Shown: in pieces, positions 59,122 through 64,000 of the stretch | How positions within the stretch are numbered: position 1 is the stretch's first letter | Layout of the letters: every line of letters begins with the position of its first letter | NCBI GenBank assembly: GCA_964016885.1 | Contig: OZ024743.1 | Span: 279,000,001-279,064,000, forward strand | Direction of reading: 5' to 3' | From: Eledone cirrhosa | Lineage: Eukaryota | Length of the DNA stretch: 64,000 bases | Notes under the pieces: model-generated | Database searches by the model: none | What the model was told of the DNA's origin: nothing | Seen by the model: the letters and a program-made list of their open reading frames with translations, nothing else | Position numbers and translations under genes: made by a program

Positions 59122-59712
59122 GTGGTGGTGGTGGTTGTAGTGGTTTTAGTGATAAGGGCAATGAAGGTGATGGTGGTGGTTGTGGTGGTGGTTGTGATGG
59201 TGGTTGTGGTGGTTTTAGTGATAAGGGCAATGAAGGTGATGGTGGTGGTTGTGGTGGTGGTTGTGGTGGTGGTTGTGGTGGTGGTTGTGGTGGTGGTTGT
59301 GGTGGTTTTAGTGATAAGGGCAATGAAGGTGATGGTGGTGGTTGTGGTGGTGGTTGTGGTGCTGGTTGTGGTGGTTTTAGTGATAAGGGCAATGAAGGTG
59401 ATGGTGGTGGTTGTGGTGGTGGTTGTGGTGGTGGTTGTGGTGGTGGTTGTGGTGGTTTTAGTGATAAGGGCAATGAAGGTGATGGTGGTGGTTGTGGTGG
59501 TACTGTGTGGTGGTGGTTGTGGTGGTGGTTGTGGTGGTGGTTGTGGTGGTTTTAGTGATAAGGGCAATGAAGGTAATGGTGGTGGTTGTGGTGGTGTTTG
59601 TGGTGGTGGTTGTGGTGGTGGTTGTGGTAGTTTTAGTGATAAGGGCAATGAAGGTGATGGTGGTGGTTGTGGTGGTACTGTGTGGTGGTGGTTGTGGTGG
59701 TACTGTGTGGTG
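59122..59712 (+). repeat. Variable-unit minisatellite (8 cores)
   Basis: Core ggttttagtgataagggcaatgaaggtgat separated by (ggtggtggttgt)n. Confidence 0.9.
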
Positions 59713-60013
59713 GCGCTGATGCTGGAACATGTTAACATTGGTACCGGTGTTGATGGAAATGATAATAGTGTTGGTGTACATGGTAATAGTAAAGACGATG
59801 ATGATGATAGTGATGATGATGAAGATTGTGGTGGCAGCGGTGGTGCTGGTGGTGGGGTTGTAGTAGTAAGGGTTTTGGGGGTATTGTTGTTGATGGTGCT
59901 GAGAGATAGAAATGATTAGAAGGAAAAAAATAGTGCGAGGGGGATGAACACGTGAATGGGGACCTGTGTAATATATAGCAGGGTAACTTACGCTAGTCCC
60001 CTCAACTTATTAT

Positions 60014-60085
<72 letters not shown>

Positions 60086-62037
60086 ATATATATATATATG
60101 TATATATATTTGTATGTGTGTGTATGCATGTGTGTGTGTGTGTATCCTTGTGTGTGCATGTATGTGTGTGTGTGCGTGAGAGAGAGAGAGAGAGAGAGAG
60201 AGTATGTGGGTGTGTATAAGTTGAAGCACAGAAAAAAATATGAACGTTAAATGAATTGCAAACCAGCTGGCTTTAACATTGTCAGCAATTGTGATCGTCT
60301 CTTGATCGAGTAAAGACATCGTTTTTTCTAGAAGCTAATCATATGATCTATTGCTCATCATAAACTAGGCCAGACTACAGTATTAGTATTATTAAACAAA
60401 CGTCGTTTACTGTCCTTAGTTCACCATATATTAACGTTAAACAAATAAAAGATATATGTATTAGATTTGGAACTAAAGATTATGTTACTGATGTATATGT
60501 AATCATAGCATTATGAGTGCTATGCAAGTAATAAATAATATCATGCTGCTCTATTGCACCAGGTTTACTATGAGGCTTCTAGATTTAACTTGCCTGCTAA
60601 CTTTTATATACAAAGCTTGACAAAAACATGAGATGTACGAGTTGAAAGTAAAATGTAACATAATGGATTCCAATTTTAGAGCAAGGCCAGCAATTTACGG
60701 GAAAGGGAAATTTGACTATATCGGCCTCAATACTTGATTACTCCTATATTTCATCGGCCTGGGAAGGATGAAAGTGAAAGTTAACCTCGGCGGCATATGA
60801 AATGTGAATTTAAATGAACATAACGAAATACTACAATGCGTTTTATCTGACGCACTAACGAATCTGCCTATCTACAGTCCTTAGATTAAAATCTAATATA
60901 ATAGAATGAACCAGTATGGACTTGCACATAAAATAATGGTAGAGCTTATACTGTTAGTTCATTTGCTAGAAATAATATCCAAATTCTCTCAACACTCAGA
61001 CCATCATTAAAAACGGTTTATTGAATATTACTGTCATAGATACATAAAGAGGTAGGATAGTCATATTTGGAATGCCTTGAACCACAAGACGTCTTGATCA
61101 GACTCATGCGGTGAAGCAAAAATAATAACGACAACAGAATATTATGTATTTGTTTTTGATTGTGATATTGTTGTTATTTATGTTTTTCAACACTTTATCA
61201 TGGTATCAGTTACTCTTTTAGCCAGATTAGTCAAAATCAGAGTTTTTTTTGCGATGTTTTGCATTGATATTTACAAAACTACACTGAAATAATAAAACAA
61301 TGAGACCGGTATTATGTGTCTTTCTATATTATACATTGCATAAAAAAGTTCTGTATATATATAACATTTTTAAAATTCTGTTCTTACATATATACCTTGA
61401 CACAGCCAGAGAGACAAACACGTGCATGTTTCCAAACAAAAGTATTTCTTTGTGTGAAAGTGAGTGTGTGTCAGTGTGTGTGTGCGAAATTGAGTGCGTG
61501 TGCATATACATATGTGTTTATGCAATAGAAATATTTGTTCATAAAATAATTTGTGACACAACACACACATCCACAAATAGACATTCTCAATTACCGGGAC
61601 ATACACACAGATGATTGCATCCAGACACGTACTCATGTTGTGTCGGTATATATGCTTGTATGTGTCCAAGTGGATACGCATGTGCGCGCCCATGCTTGAA
61701 TTCATGCGTTCGTGCATGTAACAGCCTCCACAAGCTGCATTAAAGTCGGTCTATTGAAGAGGAGCAAAATTCGGTTGGTCGATATATTGGTTGACTGGTA
61801 TGTTGGTGTGTTAGTTGTTTGGTTGTGTCATGGTTTCCTTGTTGATTAGTGGAATGGTTGATGGTTTGGCAGATTGGTTGACTGATTGGCTGGTTGGCTG
61901 TCTGGATGATTGGTTGATGGTCGGTTGTTGGCTGACCTGTTGACTGGCTGTTTGGTTCGTTTGGGGGATTTACACAATATTGTGAGATTCTGACTAAGTC
62001 CCGCAGTCAGAGAAGAAGGATACGATAGAAATAAAAT

Positions 62038-62242
62038 AATTTTTCTACTTTTGGCACAAGGCCAGCAATTATCCCAGTGTGTTACTGGTACTTTATTTTA
62101 TCGACCTGGTAATGATGAAAGGCAAAGTTAACCTCGACGGGATTTGAACTCAGACCATAAAGGGCCGTAACTCTTTGCTGCAAAGCATGGCGTTAGACCC
62201 TCTACGCATGGCGTTCGACCCTATACCGATACTGCCAATCCA
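62038..62242 (-). mobile_element. tRNA-derived SINE with small internal duplication
   Basis: Family sequence; gcatggcgtt..accct..ac is duplicated. Confidence 0.85.
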
Positions 62243-62948
62243 TAATAATGATAAAACATGTGACGAATGTTGATACTGACCACAGCAATTCAAATTTGGT
62301 TTCAATTTATTCATCAATGGTCAGTTGTTTATTTTTCTGTGACGAATCTCAATTAGATTATATCATGTGTCCAGTAAAAGAGGAAAACAAAATTAAATAA
62401 TGATGGAATGGGGGAGGAGAAGGGAGTGGTAGATTCTAAACTTCTGTTCAGGTAGTGTAACACAGTTGCACCCTGCTGACACAATATCGAATACATTGCT
62501 GCAGATTACAGTCAGCTGCATCAGTCACACCAACTCATTGGTTCTACCTCCAGGCGGGATGTACTCCTCCTAATTTGGGGGAGAATAAAGGACAATTTCG
62601 AGGCCGAGGTCATCGGAGGTCTCGGCAGCGACCGGCAGGAAAAGGAATTGGTCGGTCAGGTCCTAATTATTTGTGTATTTATTTTAGCTGTTATGAGAAG
62701 TGCTTCCATGAAAGACTGTCTATGCTTATAAGAAATACTGTATAGTATTGCTGTGTTGTCAACTAATTCCTGCTACTTAGTTGTTTATTGTATTGCGTGA
62801 TTAGTGCATTGAAATCTATCCTTGTTGTAAATATATGGTAAGCGATGTTCATGTCAACATTACTGTTCAAATCACGTTAATCATTAGCAGGTTTATACAA
62901 ATATTGACGTAAAGAAAAGGCACTAGATAATATCATTCATTGCATTTT

Positions 62949-62992
<44 letters not shown>

Positions 62993-63453
62993 GAGACCGG
63001 GAGAGTGGGTAAGATAGATAAATAGATCTTCATCAGAGCGTGTTTTTCTAGGACTTGCACAGGTACAAATAGACGTTGTGTATTTATCAGTGCATACGAA
63101 AGAGGAAGGCTAACAAGCATTTTAAAACAGAGCCGGTGAATTAGAGACACAGACAATAACGAAAGGAACTGAATATAGAGACAATTCTGTTATGGCCTCT
63201 TAGATTCAACAATAGCAATAACTGAAGTTAACACAAAAAAGTTAAATTTACAGAAATGAGCATTATAATGATTAAAGAAATGAATATCGCAAATGTAGCG
63301 AAGAGAGTTTTTACCGTGTGAAGCGGCTGCTCAGCTCAATAAAGACAAAGTGAATTCATATTCAGAGAAATAAGAGATTAAAATACAATGATGGCTAAAA
63401 CGAAAGGATACTGGAAAATAAAGTCATGTCATAAAATCATATTTGAATGCGTG

Positions 63454-63547
<94 letters not shown>

Positions 63548-63679
63548 TGTGAGGACTGTCTATGTACCACTGCCTGATATTGTATTTGTTTCTCTACATC
63601 AGTATGTATGTGTATGTGTGTCTGTATGATATATACATTACTCTGCGGACGTGTTCTATTCTTCATGTGTGTGTGTGTC

Positions 63680-63748
<69 letters not shown>

Positions 63749-64000
63749 TTAGGAGTATGAATGTGTATGTCTGTGTACTATGTGCAAGGGTGTCTATATA
63801 ATTGTGCATATGAATTGTTTGTTTTTTTTTATATTTGTATGACTTTGTATGTAACTGTCTATTAGAGTGTGTGTGTGGCTGCATATATATGTGTCTATCT
63901 ATGAGCGTATATGTGTGTCTATGAGACAGTATTAGTATCTGTGTGGGGAGTAGGAGGGGGAGGGGGTAACATGAAGTAAAAAGAAGTATTAAAGAAAATT

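Noticed and set aside
59122-59712. Constant core with variable spacers (CRISPR-like)
   Set aside because: Spacers are only (GGT/TGT) simple repeats.
62588-62660. Two GC-rich hairpins (gccgag...ctcggc; cgacc...ggtcg)
   Set aside because: Short stems with no recognisable RNA family motif; may be chance.

Overview
Repeat-saturated, AT-rich eukaryotic (animal) DNA. The SINE types and microsatellite load resemble an octopus/coleoid cephalopod genome; this is inferred from recognition, not a search. No host protein-coding gene can be supported: almost all listed ORFs are microsatellite or trinucleotide-repeat translations. Supported content: (i) three truncated Penelope-like retroelements (PLEs) with GIY-YIG endonuclease remnants (7.4-8.1 kb, 14.6-16.2 kb, 33.7-34.6 kb); (ii) at least 10 short, asymmetric fold-back (palindromic) elements from about 6 sequence families, nearly all embedded in (TA)n. 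They carry complete, minimal or half hammerhead-ribozyme (HHR) motifs and look like PLE pseudo-LTR derivatives; (iii) decayed L1/Tx1-type and RTE-type LINE fragments; (iv) many tRNA-derived SINE copies; (v) 64-bp, ~135-bp, ~36-bp and 30-bp tandem arrays. The most interesting signal is the shared architecture of the fold-backs: (TA)n - short arm ending at an internal TAT/ATAT - hairpin centre at or next to the ribozyme - long arm with a 35-90 bp unpaired tail - (TA)n.
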